From Eledone cirrhosa (taxonomy: Eukaryota): a stretch of 64,000 nucleotides of DNA. The stretch is from assembly GCA_964016885.1 (NCBI GenBank), contig OZ024748.1, positions 21,266,001 to 21,330,000 on the forward strand, written 5' to 3'. Below, piece by piece: positions 43,576-55,916 of this stretch; within the stretch, counting starts at the first letter, position 1; the number at the start of each line of letters is the position of its first letter. The notes beneath the pieces are model-generated. The model did no database searches, was not told the DNA's origin, and saw nothing but the letters and a program-made list of their open reading frames with translations. Both the position numbers and the translations under genes were made by a program.

Positions 43576-44847
43576 GATATATATATATATATATACATAC
43601 ATACATATATATATATACACACACACAAATGAATAACCAGATCAAAAAAGATAAAAAAATTGAGAATGACCACCACCACCACAACAACAACAACAACAGC
43701 AACAACAACAGCAACAGCAACAGCAACAGCAACAACAACAACAACAACTGTCATTGATAATCTCAAAACAAATATAAAACACTAATACATGTTTGTATGT
43801 GTGAGTGTGAATGATGTGTATGTGTGTATATGTGTTTTTGTGAGTGTGAGGATGGTGTGTATGGGTATTTGTGTGTGTGTATGTAAATGAGAAGAAGAAG
43901 TAGAAGAAAAAAGTACTTATATGTGGCTATAAATCCACCAAGAAGAATGAATGTTCATTGACTTCGGAGTGATGTGAACTCAGGGAGTCGAGAACGGAAT
44001 CAAATACCGAGGTATATAATACAACGTTCTTACGGCCTGTCGATGGTTCTGACAATTTACCGCCGTATTGTACTGGTACTGAAATATTGCTGAGTGTAAC
44101 GACATTTTGATAATCTTCTGTAAAAATGTTTCAAATATTTCGAACTAGTGATTTTGCATTTCGTGGTGGTTAATTAAAGAAAAACATATACTCCAGCAAA
44201 GCCAAGGAGAAATTAGATTTAATTATATATAATTAACATTCAAATTTAAACCTGGAGTAACTCCTTCTCACGTAATGGCAAAAGATTGTAACAGAGAAGT
44301 CAGTACAGCATCTCTAATAGGATGAAGCGTCGAAACAACTAAACAACGGACATTGTGAGAGCCATAACGTTTATGTAGCCAGTTGCTTGACCTTGCAAGA
44401 AATGGCCACCAATTCTCCCTTTAATCATAACGTAGAGTCTTGGTAACAAAATAAAAGAAAAAATCTAAAAACAAAACCAAAAAGACACACATTTAATAAT
44501 GTAGTCCTTGGTGTATTACGTTTTGTCTGAAAGGAACATAAGGAAAAAAAAATATGGAAGTTTTAATTGGGTTTCTTAATATTTTACTTTGGAAAAGGAA
44601 TTCTCTCAATTTATTATTGTCAAATATTGCCTCTCTGTCTCAGAATGGTTACTTGCCCTCCACTTTACCAATAAATACCGTATCATTAATGATAATGACA
44701 CAGAAATCATTGTGTATGCCACAAAAAAACAACCTTAAAAACTCTGCCTATGTTTATAAAAAGAAAAAGGTTTTTTTTTTATTTTAGTGTCGGATTGTTC
44801 GACAGCGCAGTGACACGTGATCTTGTTGTCCTTTAAATCCTTGATAC

Positions 44848-44878
<31 letters not shown>

Positions 44879-45807
44879 CTTCTTCTTCTTCTTCTTCTTC
44901 TATTCCTGGGAAGGTCATGGAGGGGAGGGGGCGAATCCTCAGACACGCCTTGATACAGTTAAGTGAATCAAAATTTTTGATAGACTTAAGGTTATTTTGA
45001 AAATATGAAAAGCACAACTGACCTCGGACGTATTTAAACTCAGTGCTCAGAGAGGTGAAATAAATACCGCAAGGCATTTCTATCCCATGTCCTAATGACA
45101 CTGAAAATCCCCCCCCCCCCCTCATTCCTTTGATCTTAAGTTTTCTCGATTAAAGGTGAGTTGGTATTAAACAATAACTCTACCACCACCACCACCACGA
45201 AGAACAACAACAATAACTTCCCTTTCATATACATTATATGGACAAACGTAATGCATGTCTTGTTATCAATGTAAAGGTGATGGGAGGTGAAGAGAGGGGA
45301 GAGGCACGGGTGGAAAGAAGAGAAGTTAATAAAATTAAGATTGTAATCATACTTTTCTCATTACTTCAATAATATATGATACGAAGACGAACACCAACAA
45401 CATCAACAACTACAACAAAATGAATAAAACACAAAATGAAAGTAAGAGAAAAATTCGTTCCTTAATGCTTCTACTTCTCAATATAAGTTGATGTAATGCA
45501 TAGTCTCTGCTCTGCTCGTTTAGTTCTATGTATAAACGTGTCTTATCTCTCATCAAAGATGGCCACCAAACTTATACTGTTCAAACTAAAAGTGCTGGAT
45601 GACGCGCAAGCTGCAAAGGTCGGAACGACTTACGTATATCACTATTTCTTTTTAATGTAATTTTTGAATTTCTTTTTCTTTTTGTATTAGCACTTAACTT
45701 CTTACCCTGGATTTTTTTGGTTTCTATTTTTGTCAGTTTATAGTTTGTTTTTTAATGTATATTTCTATATCAAATATTTATGTGTGTGCATATATGTGTA
45801 TGTGCAT

Positions 45808-45839
<32 letters not shown>

Positions 45840-45957
45840 TACGGGTGTGTATATATATATATATATATATAAATATATATATATATGGGGTGTATATATA
45901 TATATATGGGGTGTATATATGTATATGGGGGCGTATGTCGGTGTGCATTTAATATAT

Positions 45958-46140
45958 AATTGTTTCTACTTTAGGCACAAGGCCAGCAATTACCCAGTGC
46001 ATTACTGGTACTTTATTTTATCGACCCCGTAAGGATGAAAGGCAAAGTCAACCTCGGCGGGATTTGAACTCAGATCGTAAAGGGACGTAACTATGCTGGA
46101 AAGCATGGCGTCCGACCCTCCACCGATACTGCCAATCCAC
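45958..46140 (-). mobile_element. SINE S1, full length
   Basis: Near identical to 29338-29522 and 29962-30143. Confidence 0.9.
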
Positions 46141-46702
46141 ATAATGATATCTAATGAGAATAATGTTTTCTTTAATATCAAGCATTTGTAAATATCATAT
46201 CATATCATATCTATCTATCTATATATATATCTCTGTAAATACTTAATCACTATATACAATATATATATATGTGTGTGTGTATGTGCCTAAAAAAAATATA
46301 TATATATATATGGGATGTATGTATATGTGTGTATGTGTGTGTATATATACCACAATATGGTGTGTATGTATATGTATGTGTATGTGCGTGTATGTACCAC
46401 AATATGGGTGAAGAAAGCACGAAGTCATTTTGACCTTCTCTCTCCCTGATATATTTCTGTTATAAGTATATAAGAATATAAGCTTAAGCCTATACACACC
46501 TGCATAAAAATATGTATAAATACATCTCCACAGAGACGTAAACACCCACCCACACACTCACACACACTCACACACACCCACACACTTACACACTCCCACA
46601 CACACACCCACACACTCACACGCACCAACACACTTACACCCACCCACACACTCACACACACACTCACACGCTTACACACACCCACACGCCCTCACACACA
46701 TG

Positions 46703-46729
<27 letters not shown>

Positions 46730-46734
<5 letters not shown>

Positions 46735-47180
46735 CGATATTAACAAATGGAAACTATATTTATAAAACCATATTTATTTTATTATACATATTTCAAGGAC
46801 ACCACGTTAAATTATGGTGTGCTTTCATCAGACAAAATACAATATAGATCAGTTTTATAAATAAATATTGACATACCCTTAAAAAATGCAACCATTACTG
46901 TTAGAAGCTCCCGGGAGCTTCCAACAGTAATGGTTGCATTTTTTAAGGGTATGTCAATATTTATTTATAAAACTGATCTATATTGTATTTTGTCTGATGA
47001 AAGCACACCATAATTTAACGTGGTGTCCTTGAAATATGTATAATAAAATAAATATGGTTTTATAAATATAGTTTCCATTTGTTAATATCGTATATTTACT
47101 CCAAATACTTGTTGAGTGCTTTATATCAGTTATAAAAATATTTGCTTGTTGTATCCCAACAATTTAAATAGAACTTTTGC
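46730..47180 (+). mobile_element. Fold-back element F4: spacer-less palindrome (axis 46912/46913, ~183-bp arms) plus ~85-nt tail, in (TA)n
   Basis: Centre gaagctccc|gggagcttc; hammerhead-like CTGATGA-aag..ctt-GAAAT-at-GTA-taataaaata at ~46985-47050. Confidence 0.9.
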
Positions 47181-47325
47181 ATATATATATATTTATATAG
47201 AAACACATGTATTTGTGCGTGTATATATATATATATATGTGCGGGGGTGCTTGTGTATATACATATGCATGTATGTTTGTATTTGTGTCTATAATGATTA
47301 TACATGTAGAGAAATAGATAGATAA

Positions 47326-47891
47326 GTTTCTATTTATTAGCCACGAGGGCACGAAAGAAGGGGACAAATACAGGGGGGGGGGGGGGGTTTACATAAAAGA
47401 ACGAGTAAAAAAACAAATAACAAATATAAAATTGACAATACAGTCCTCAATAGGGAGGAGGCGTTGTGGGGGTCGCACACACCCCCGAAAAAGTGTGCAA
47501 CCCTTTTCCTTAGGAGCACAGAAAGAGGGTGCTCCCTTGAACTTCCACCTTTCCACCTACAGGCTGATAAAGAGAGAAGGCCCATTCGCAGGGGCCATTC
47601 TCGCTACTTTCACTCACCTTTCATAAAACTTGCTGGAGTAGAGCACCTCTTTCTCCTTTCTCATCCTTCTCTTAAAATAGTATTTAAAGAAAAGGAGATA
47701 GATAGATAGACAGACAGACAGACGGGCAGACAGACAGATAGATAGATAGATAGATTTCTTTATTAGCCACAAGGGCGCAACAAGAAAGGGGACAATACAA
47801 AGACATGCCGGGGATTTTACATACAGTCGTGTAAAAAGTATAAAAACAAACAATTTCAACAATCGAAATCCCCAATAGGGGGGAGGCGCCA
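47326..47891 (-). mobile_element. Two 5'-truncated 3' ends of related Tx1-like subfamilies (47326-47697, 47756-47891)
   Basis: Each ends in gtggctaataaa plus a TATC tail; the first includes the ORF2 C-terminus (EKEVLYSSKFYER). Confidence 0.8.
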
Positions 47892-47900
47892 CAGACAGAC

Positions 47901-47945
<45 letters not shown>

Positions 47946-50611
47946 TCTTTCTTTATTAGCCACAGGGGCACAAAAGAAGGGGACAAATACAAAGGGGGAA
48001 GTTTACATACAATAAAAACGTGTAAAGTATTATCACAAATGCAATTTAAAAATTAGTCGATTTTCCCCAATAGGGGGAGACATTTCATATGGGTAACACA
48101 TACCCTCGAGAAAAATGTGCAACCCTCATCTCAAGGAGTACGAAGAGTTTGTACCCCTTTCCTCTCCTCCTCTTTTTCCTCAACCTATAGGCTGATATAG
48201 AGAGAAGGCCCATTCACTCGGGCCATTCTCGCCACTTTCACCCACCTTTCATAAAACTTGCTGGGGTACAACACCTCTCTCTCCATCCTGATTCTTCTTC
48301 CAAAGTGGTATTTGAAAAAAAGAATCAGTTGTTGGCCGGAGAGAAAGGTGTCTGACCTCAGCCCTTTCAACCTTGTCCACCATACAACCTCTTTCGCCAT
48401 AGCTATCACACAAAGGAAAACCGCCTCTCCTTCGTTTTTGAAGGAGGGTGGCGATTTGATCATGACAATGGACTCGGTGGTCAACCGCATTGGTCCCACC
48501 CGCAACAATAGTCGTTCTACATAGCCCCACAGGTCGGTAACGCCCGGGCAGTGTATGAATGCGTGTGCGACGGTTTCTTCGTCTCGCACGCACCTCGGAC
48601 AGATCTTTTTTGAAGGGTCCCTGCCCGGGCGCCCATGTCTGTAGAGCTTGTCTCGAACTGGTAGAGCTCATCGGTAGCACTGCCAGGCCAGGGACTTTGG
48701 GAAGTTGTCCATCGGTCCTGGGCGGAAGGTCCTACCGAACAGACTGGCCAGTTCGTCTTCCTCTACGCCTAGAATTTCACCGAGCGCTTCGTCGCACTTG
48801 CTGCGGATCAACCCTCTATAGAATGACGAAGTGGAGTCTCCACTGATCGCCGGGTCCGCCTGCCAGAGGGCTGTGAGCGCCTGAGTACATTCGATGTGCC
48901 AGTCGCCCATTTTCCTCGGTCTTTGCTTGACCCAGGACTGCAGCTCGGTCAGCGAGACGAGTCGTGGGAAGGCTCGCCTCACGAACGGGGCCCACACCGA
49001 TTGTCCGCCACGGCATCCCCAGCCCTCTGTTGGAAGAGTGTTGGCAGCAGATGGATCTTCTTACCAAAGGAGCCCGCCTCTTCCAAAGGAATTGGAAGAG
49101 CGCGCGCTCGATTTTGGTGAGCGTTTTGGCTGGACAAGGCACGACGGTCAAGCGGTAGTAGATAGCGGACGCTATAAAAGTGTTCACCACCTCCGCTCGA
49201 CCTTTCAAGGATAGTTTGCACTCGGCCCACTTCTGGGTGAGAGCAAACACCTTGGCCGTCACCTCGTTCCAGTTCTTCTCCACCTGGAGGTCCGGACCAA
49301 ACCAGACCCCGAACAGCTTTACCGGTCCTTCTGTCCAGCGTCCGGCGCCGCCATCGGAAGGCATCGGTCTGCCTCTCCACGATCCGAGTTGCAAACCGAT
49401 GGACTTGACCCGGTTCAGCTTCGCTCCTGTGAACCTTTCGTATTCCTTTAGTAAGGTGCCGACTTCCTCGATCTGCCAGGCGCTCGACACCATTACTGTC
49501 ACGTCGACGCCGTAGGCCGACGCCGCTTTCCGCAGTCCCGGTTCCAGAGGGATGCCCTGCAATAGCTCCAGCTTCCGCAGTAGTGGCTCGAGAGTCAGTA
49601 CGTACAGAAGGGAGGAGAGAGGGCATCCCTGTCGAATGGATCGCGTGATATGGAACGGCTCCGAGAGGTAGCCGTTCACCTTGACGATTGAGCAGATGTT
49701 GCTGTTGTGCATTGCAGCAATCCAGCCCCTGAACACGGGTCCGAAGCCTGCCGCCTCGAGCACCGCATCCAGGTAACGATGGTAAACCCTATCGAAAGCC
49801 TTAGACTGATCCAAGTTGATCAGGGCCCCACCGAAGCCGGGTTTACACCATACCCTCTCTATGATGTATTGCATGAGGTGGAGTTTGTCGTGTATGGACC
49901 TGGTCGGGATTACGCATGTCTGCGCTTCTCCCACCAGGTTCTCGACGACAAGCGCCAGCCTCTTTGCCAACACCTTGGCCAAAATCTGTAACTCTGTGTT
50001 TAGCAGAGTTATGGGCCGGAAGTTGCCTATGTTATCCCCCTTATTCTCGTCCTTCCTGACTAGTGTGACCACGCCCCCGGTCACAGAACTGGGAATTCTC
50101 CCGTTCTGTTGCCAGTTGCAGTAGTCCGCTTCCAGGAGACCGGAGAATAAGTCGTGCATTGCTACGTAAAATTCGTAGGGTAGACCGTCGAGACCTGGAG
50201 ATTTGCGTTTGCCGCATTGGCTTAGCGCCTCCCCTATCTCAGCGGCTGAAATCGGCTTTTCGCAGAACTTTGCCTCGCTGTCCAAGAGTCGCGGTAGGCC
50301 GTCGAGGTATGGACCGAAATCCATAGCCCCTCCCGGCGCGCCGCCCTGCCCGAACAGTTGAGCAAAGTGTCGCTGAAAGGTCGCACACATCTGCTTCGGC
50401 TCACGTATCACGCGTCCGTCTTGGTCGTTCAAAGATCGAATCGTGGACTTGTTGCCACTTTTTGCCTCCGTCACTCGGGCCCAGCTAACAGCTTTGGCTC
50501 CCTCGTTTCCCAGAGCACCTATTTTGCTTCTGACAACGCAGCCCTCGTGCTTTGCGTCGAAGAACTGGTCCAAGACCGTTCTCGTTGCTAGCACGCTGGC
50601 TACGTGGCCAC
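47946..50611 (-). mobile_element. Tx1/L1-type non-LTR retrotransposon, 5'-truncated, 2.7 kb
   Basis: KSPGLDGLPYEFY, NFRPITLLNTELQILAK, DQSKAFDRV, RQGCPLS, C-terminal ETVAHAFIHCP; 3' UTR with AATAAA and (TATC)n tail. Confidence 0.95.
48185..50611 (-). pseudogene. Disrupted ORF2 reverse transcriptase (pieces 48816-50611, 48668-48997, 48185-48589)
   Basis: Frameshifts or deletion near 49000 and 48660; catalytic YADD reads YGVD; no APE domain retained. Confidence 0.9.
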
Positions 50612-50686
<75 letters not shown>

Positions 50687-50688
<2 letters not shown>

Positions 50689-51266
50689 TTCTTTATTAGC
50701 CACAGGGGCACAAAAGAAGGGGACAAATACAAAGGGGGAAGTTTACATACAATAAAAACGTGTAAAATGTTATCACAAATGGAATTTAAAAAGTTAGTCG
50801 ATTTTCCCCAATAGAGGGAGACAGTTTATATGGGTAACACATACCCCCGAAAAAAAATGTGCAACCCTCATCTCCAGGAGTACGAAGAGTTTGTACTCCT
50901 TTCCTCTCCTCCTCCTTTTCCTCAACCTACAGGCTGATATAGAGAGAAGGCCCATTCACTCGGGCCATTCTCGCCACTTTCACCCACCTTTGATAAAACT
51001 TGCTGGGGTGCAGCACCTCTCTCTCCATCCTGATTCTTCTTCCAAAGTGGTATTTGAAAAAAATAATCAGTTGTTGGCCGGAGAGAAAGGTGTCTGACCT
51101 CAGCCCTTTCAACCTTGTCCACCATACAACCTCTTTCGCCATAGCTATCACACAAAGGAAAACCGCCTCTCCTTCGTTTATAGATAGACAAACAGACAGA
51201 CAGACAAATAGATATCTTTCTTTAGACAAATAGATAGACAGACAGACAGACGGATAGATAGATAGC

Positions 51267-51322
<56 letters not shown>

Positions 51323-51465
51323 AAGATTTCTTTATTAGCCACACGGGCGCACAAGAAAAGGGGACAAAACAAAGACACATGCTGGGGATTTTACATATAA
51401 TCGTGTAAAAATATTGAAACAAACAAATTTAACAATCGAAATCCCCAATAGGGGACAGGCGCCAT
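50687..51465 (-). mobile_element. Two more 5'-truncated Tx1-like 3' ends (50687-51178, 51326-51465)
   Basis: 50687-51178 is near-identical to 47946-48438; 51326-51465 resembles 47756-47891. Confidence 0.9.
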
Positions 51466-51549
51466 AGATAGATATGAGATGATATTTAGAAATGCTTGAT
51501 ATTAAATAAAACATCATTAAGCAACGTGAAACTATGTGATTTATTTATT

Positions 51550-51829
51550 TCCAATCTTATATATATGTCTATACATTTATATATATATATATGTCTATAC
51601 ATTCTTATATATATATGTCTATACATTTATATATATATATATATGTCTATATACTCATATATATATGTCTATACATTCTTATATATATATATATATGTCT
51701 ATACATTCTTTTATATATATATGTCTATATACTTATATATATATATATATACTCATATATATTTGTCTATACATTCTTATATATATGTCTATACATTCTT
51801 ATATATATATATATATATGTCTATATACT

Positions 51830-51888
<59 letters not shown>

Positions 51889-52125
51889 TCATATATATAT
51901 ATGTCTATACATTCTTATATATATATATATATATACTCATATATGTCTATACATTCTTATATATGTGTCTATACATTCTTATATATATGTCTATATACTC
52001 TTATATATATGTCTATATACTCTTACACATATGTCTATACATTCTTATATATCTGTGTATACATTCTTATATATGTGTCTATACATTCTTATATATATGT
52101 CTATACATTCTTATATATATATATG
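51550..52125. repeat. TA-derived minisatellite (atatatgtctatacattctt)n
   Basis: Recurring gtctatacattctt separated by variable (TA). Confidence 0.9.
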
Positions 52126-52236
52126 TGGCTATATACTCTCAATTTCTACACCCTGGTGTTTGAACACCAAAACATTCTTTCTTGAAATGTTACAATGTGA
52201 AAACACACACACATACACACACACACACACACACAT

Positions 52237-52344
<108 letters not shown>

Positions 52345-53312
52345 ACATACATACACATATACAACTCACAAATGTCACACCACACACACATGCACAACTC
52401 AAAAACACACACACACACACACTCACACCAAACTCACACACACATGCACACACACACACATATAACTCACACAAACACACACACTACTCACAAATGTCAC
52501 ACCACGACATCGAACCAATGACCTTTTTGTAATCAGCTTCAAAATGAATGTTTACTGAGACATACCACAAAGTTTTTCCAGAATATTCAAATTTAAAAAT
52601 TGGACGCTGTTCTTGTTTTCTGAGTTGAACTCCCAGCAAGGTCAACTTTGTCTTTTACCCGTTCAGGAGTTGATAAAATAAAGTACCAGTTATGTACTGA
52701 GGTCAATGTGCTCGACTTTCCCCTCCACCTAAATTGCTGGCCTTGTGTTAATGTAATATAAATTGGATTAGAATTTTAGATAACTAGATGACTCCATCTT
52801 GCATTAAATCTTTCAGATATGGAATGGATTTCCGTCGGTTTAGATGATGTGCGTTCCAGTTATGAGATCAACGGAACAGCCTGCACATGAATTTAACCCT
52901 TTCATCACCATAGTTGTGAAGGCGCCTGGGTTAGTGGTTAGAGAATTGGATTTGCAATCGTGATTTACAATTACAGGTACTGTTAATCCAGGGACTTAAC
53001 GATTGCGAAACCAACTTCTTAACCTTTTGGCTCTTCTGGCTTTCTGAGTCATTCTCTAATGTTGTTGGGTGACAGGGTAATCCAGGCTTTTGTGGGGTCT
53101 TTTCTCTGGAATTATCCTAAAGTTCTGGTAAGACTTAGTGGTTAGCGTGTTGGATTTGCAATCGTGAGGTTGCGAGTTCAATTCTCGGACCGAGTGATGT
53201 CCTTGTGTCCTTGAGCAAGACACTTTATTCACGTTGTTCTTTCTGCTAGGAGTTGCGACGGGTAGATAGTATCAGCAATGGAAAGACCAATGGAAACATT
53301 ATTTCCTAGTTC

Positions 53313-53471
53313 CATCAGATACCCCTAAGTAACCATCTAGCAACATGTGGTCAGGGAATATTTATAATATTCCCATTCTACAAATTACACAGCCCAAGTG
53401 AAATCAAGAGAAAAATCAAAGAAAAGAATTTTATTGATAAATTCAAACCCAAGCTAAATGAACAACAATAA
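53313..53471 (+). pseudogene. C-terminus of a PLE GIY-YIG endonuclease (Neptune-like)
   Basis: Hand translation: HQIPLSNHLATCGQGIFIIFPFYKLHSPSEIKRKIKEKNFIDKFKPKLNEQQ*. Confidence 0.7.
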
Positions 53472-53850
53472 TGCTTAGGGGTATTACTTCTACTATGACT
53501 ATGACTACGACCATGTCGACTACGACCACTAACAACAACAACAACAATAATAATAATAAAAGTGATGTTGATGGTGATGATTACTAGAAAATGCTATTTT
53601 CATCATTTCTAAAAATAGCAAAACAATTGATGCTTTGGATAGGGTCAATTAGTGGTCGTTAGACATGCTCAACCAACCGTGACGCCTAAACCAATCAGCT
53701 TTAGTAATTCAGTGAAACTACACACCGATTGGTCGAAATACAGTTTTCAAGATTTAGCATTCTGGAGCCACTTTTCACTGTATATAAGGTACAAAATTTA
53801 CCCATCTCATTACAGTTGAAAATTGCAAACTTGACTGTCACCACACATTA

Positions 53851-53889
53851 TGAACCTGAAGATTGCGAAAACATGAAAGTACTTGTTCA
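53851..53889 (+). ncRNA. Minimal type-I hammerhead motif in the pLTR of the 53.3-kb PLE remnant
   Basis: TGAAC-CTGAAGA-ttgcgaaaacat-GAAA-GTAC-TT-GTTCA; perfect stem I, palindromic AAGTACTT, weak stem II. Confidence 0.65.
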
Positions 53890-54348
53890 ATTAACACTTA
53901 ACATTTAATATTCTATCATTCTATTTCATTATAATACCATTATAAATTTTAAAGGATTGTAAATAAAACGAGTAAATCAGACAAAGTTGGAATTCTTCTT
54001 ATTAATATAATCTTCTATACACAATCAGGCCGGTGGGGGTGAATTGGTACTCACAAGGGAGCGGATGAAAAACCCCAAAACACGCAATTCATCCGTTCCC
54101 ATGTCGATCCAATTTGGATTGCCTCGGAAACATAACCTTATTATGTAACAAGCTGTCTGATGATGACATGACACTCGCACACAGAACAGTGTGGCCAGTG
54201 TCGTCACTGAAATATATATCAAAGCATTATTATTAAAGGACTTGAACATCTGAAACTACTTCGCTTTTCCTTATTCGATATTTACTCCGTCACTCCTATG
54301 TGGAAAAAGTACGTTGAGTGCTTGAATTGAATTGCATCAATATTTACC

Positions 54349-54404
<56 letters not shown>

Positions 54405-54479
54405 CTTCTCTAGTGTTAGAAATAAGAAAACGTTTTGCAACGATACCAAACCAAACTGACGAGTGGATGTCTGCATCTC

Positions 54480-54526
<47 letters not shown>

Positions 54527-54576
54527 TGTAGACATTTAAACCTCATCTACTCTTCAGTTTGGTTTGATATACACAC

Positions 54577-54617
<41 letters not shown>

Positions 54618-54639
54618 GTTATATTCATATATAAATACG

Positions 54640-54674
<35 letters not shown>

Positions 54675-54766
54675 GACAGACATATATATATATGTGTGTG
54701 TGTATGTGTGTATGGATATATATTTATTCATATATATATATACATACTTACATACATCAATACATA

Positions 54767-54797
<31 letters not shown>

Positions 54798-55483
54798 AGT
54801 TTCTCTCGTGTTAAAAACCAGTCGAAACAAATTTTCAGACGATCGGTATATTATCTGCATCTTCGGTTAGAAGCTAGATTTAAATATTTATTGGCGAATT
54901 CTAAACACATAGAATCTATCATTCTGGAATATATGATACGTCAGTTCAGTATTATTGAATTAAGGAATTTAAATATTAATTACTAAATACAATCATATTT
55001 TTCAGCTTTTGTTGGTTAGCCAAACTATGAATTATACAAAATAGCGTCGTATTCTTGGATATCTTTAATCATACTCCATTACTCTGCTTCCTTTCAAGCA
55101 TTCCTGCTCAATTATCTACATTACTCTGCATATATTTGCACTCTAATTCGGTTTTCAAATAAATTTAGGTGAAGAAATATTAATATAAAGACTATGAGAC
55201 ATAAATAGGAAGAAAAAATTGTTAGATGTCATAGGTACAAAATTAAATGTAACCGAAGTAACTTTTAAACTTGGGAATTTTAAACCTGGCAGAGTTCATC
55301 CCCTCTCCAAGATGGCTGTTGCAGCGGCTATTTCTAATCAGTCTCAGTCGTAAGGCTTTTGCCATTTGGTCAACGGGGTGCAGCTGAGACACCGCTCAGA
55401 CTAAGGTGTAGTGACTGTCCTTCTCCGTCTCTCTTTCTTTCGTTGCTTTATCTTTCTACTTATTTGTCCCCGAGGCAGTGGCT

Positions 55484-55562
<79 letters not shown>

Positions 55563-55916
55563 ATATATATATATATTTTTATATATATATATATATATTG
55601 CTATACTTTGGGAGGGTCATGCTGCCAATAAGAAACACACGCACCAGTTGCTTTCACTTCAATTTATTATATATTTATAAATTTATAAATTTACAAATCT
55701 ACAAACCTATAAATTTCTGGTTGGTTGGTTGGTTCCACAACCAGATAGTTGTTTATATATATAGTCATAGTCCTTTCGTCACACACTCTATGACCTCTTC
55801 AGTGACTGGGGATTCCTTTCTTCGTTTCTGTGCCTTTTCTTTCTTCTATCCTACGCCATTTTGTTTCTGTGTGTGTGTTGTGTGCTCAGTTTGCGCATGT
55901 GCCACATCCGGGTGTC

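Noticed and set aside
48816-50732. Intact 638-aa reverse transcriptase gene
   Set aside because: Its start comes from a neighbouring 3' UTR and (TATC)n, the catalytic motif is YGVD and the C-terminus is frameshifted.
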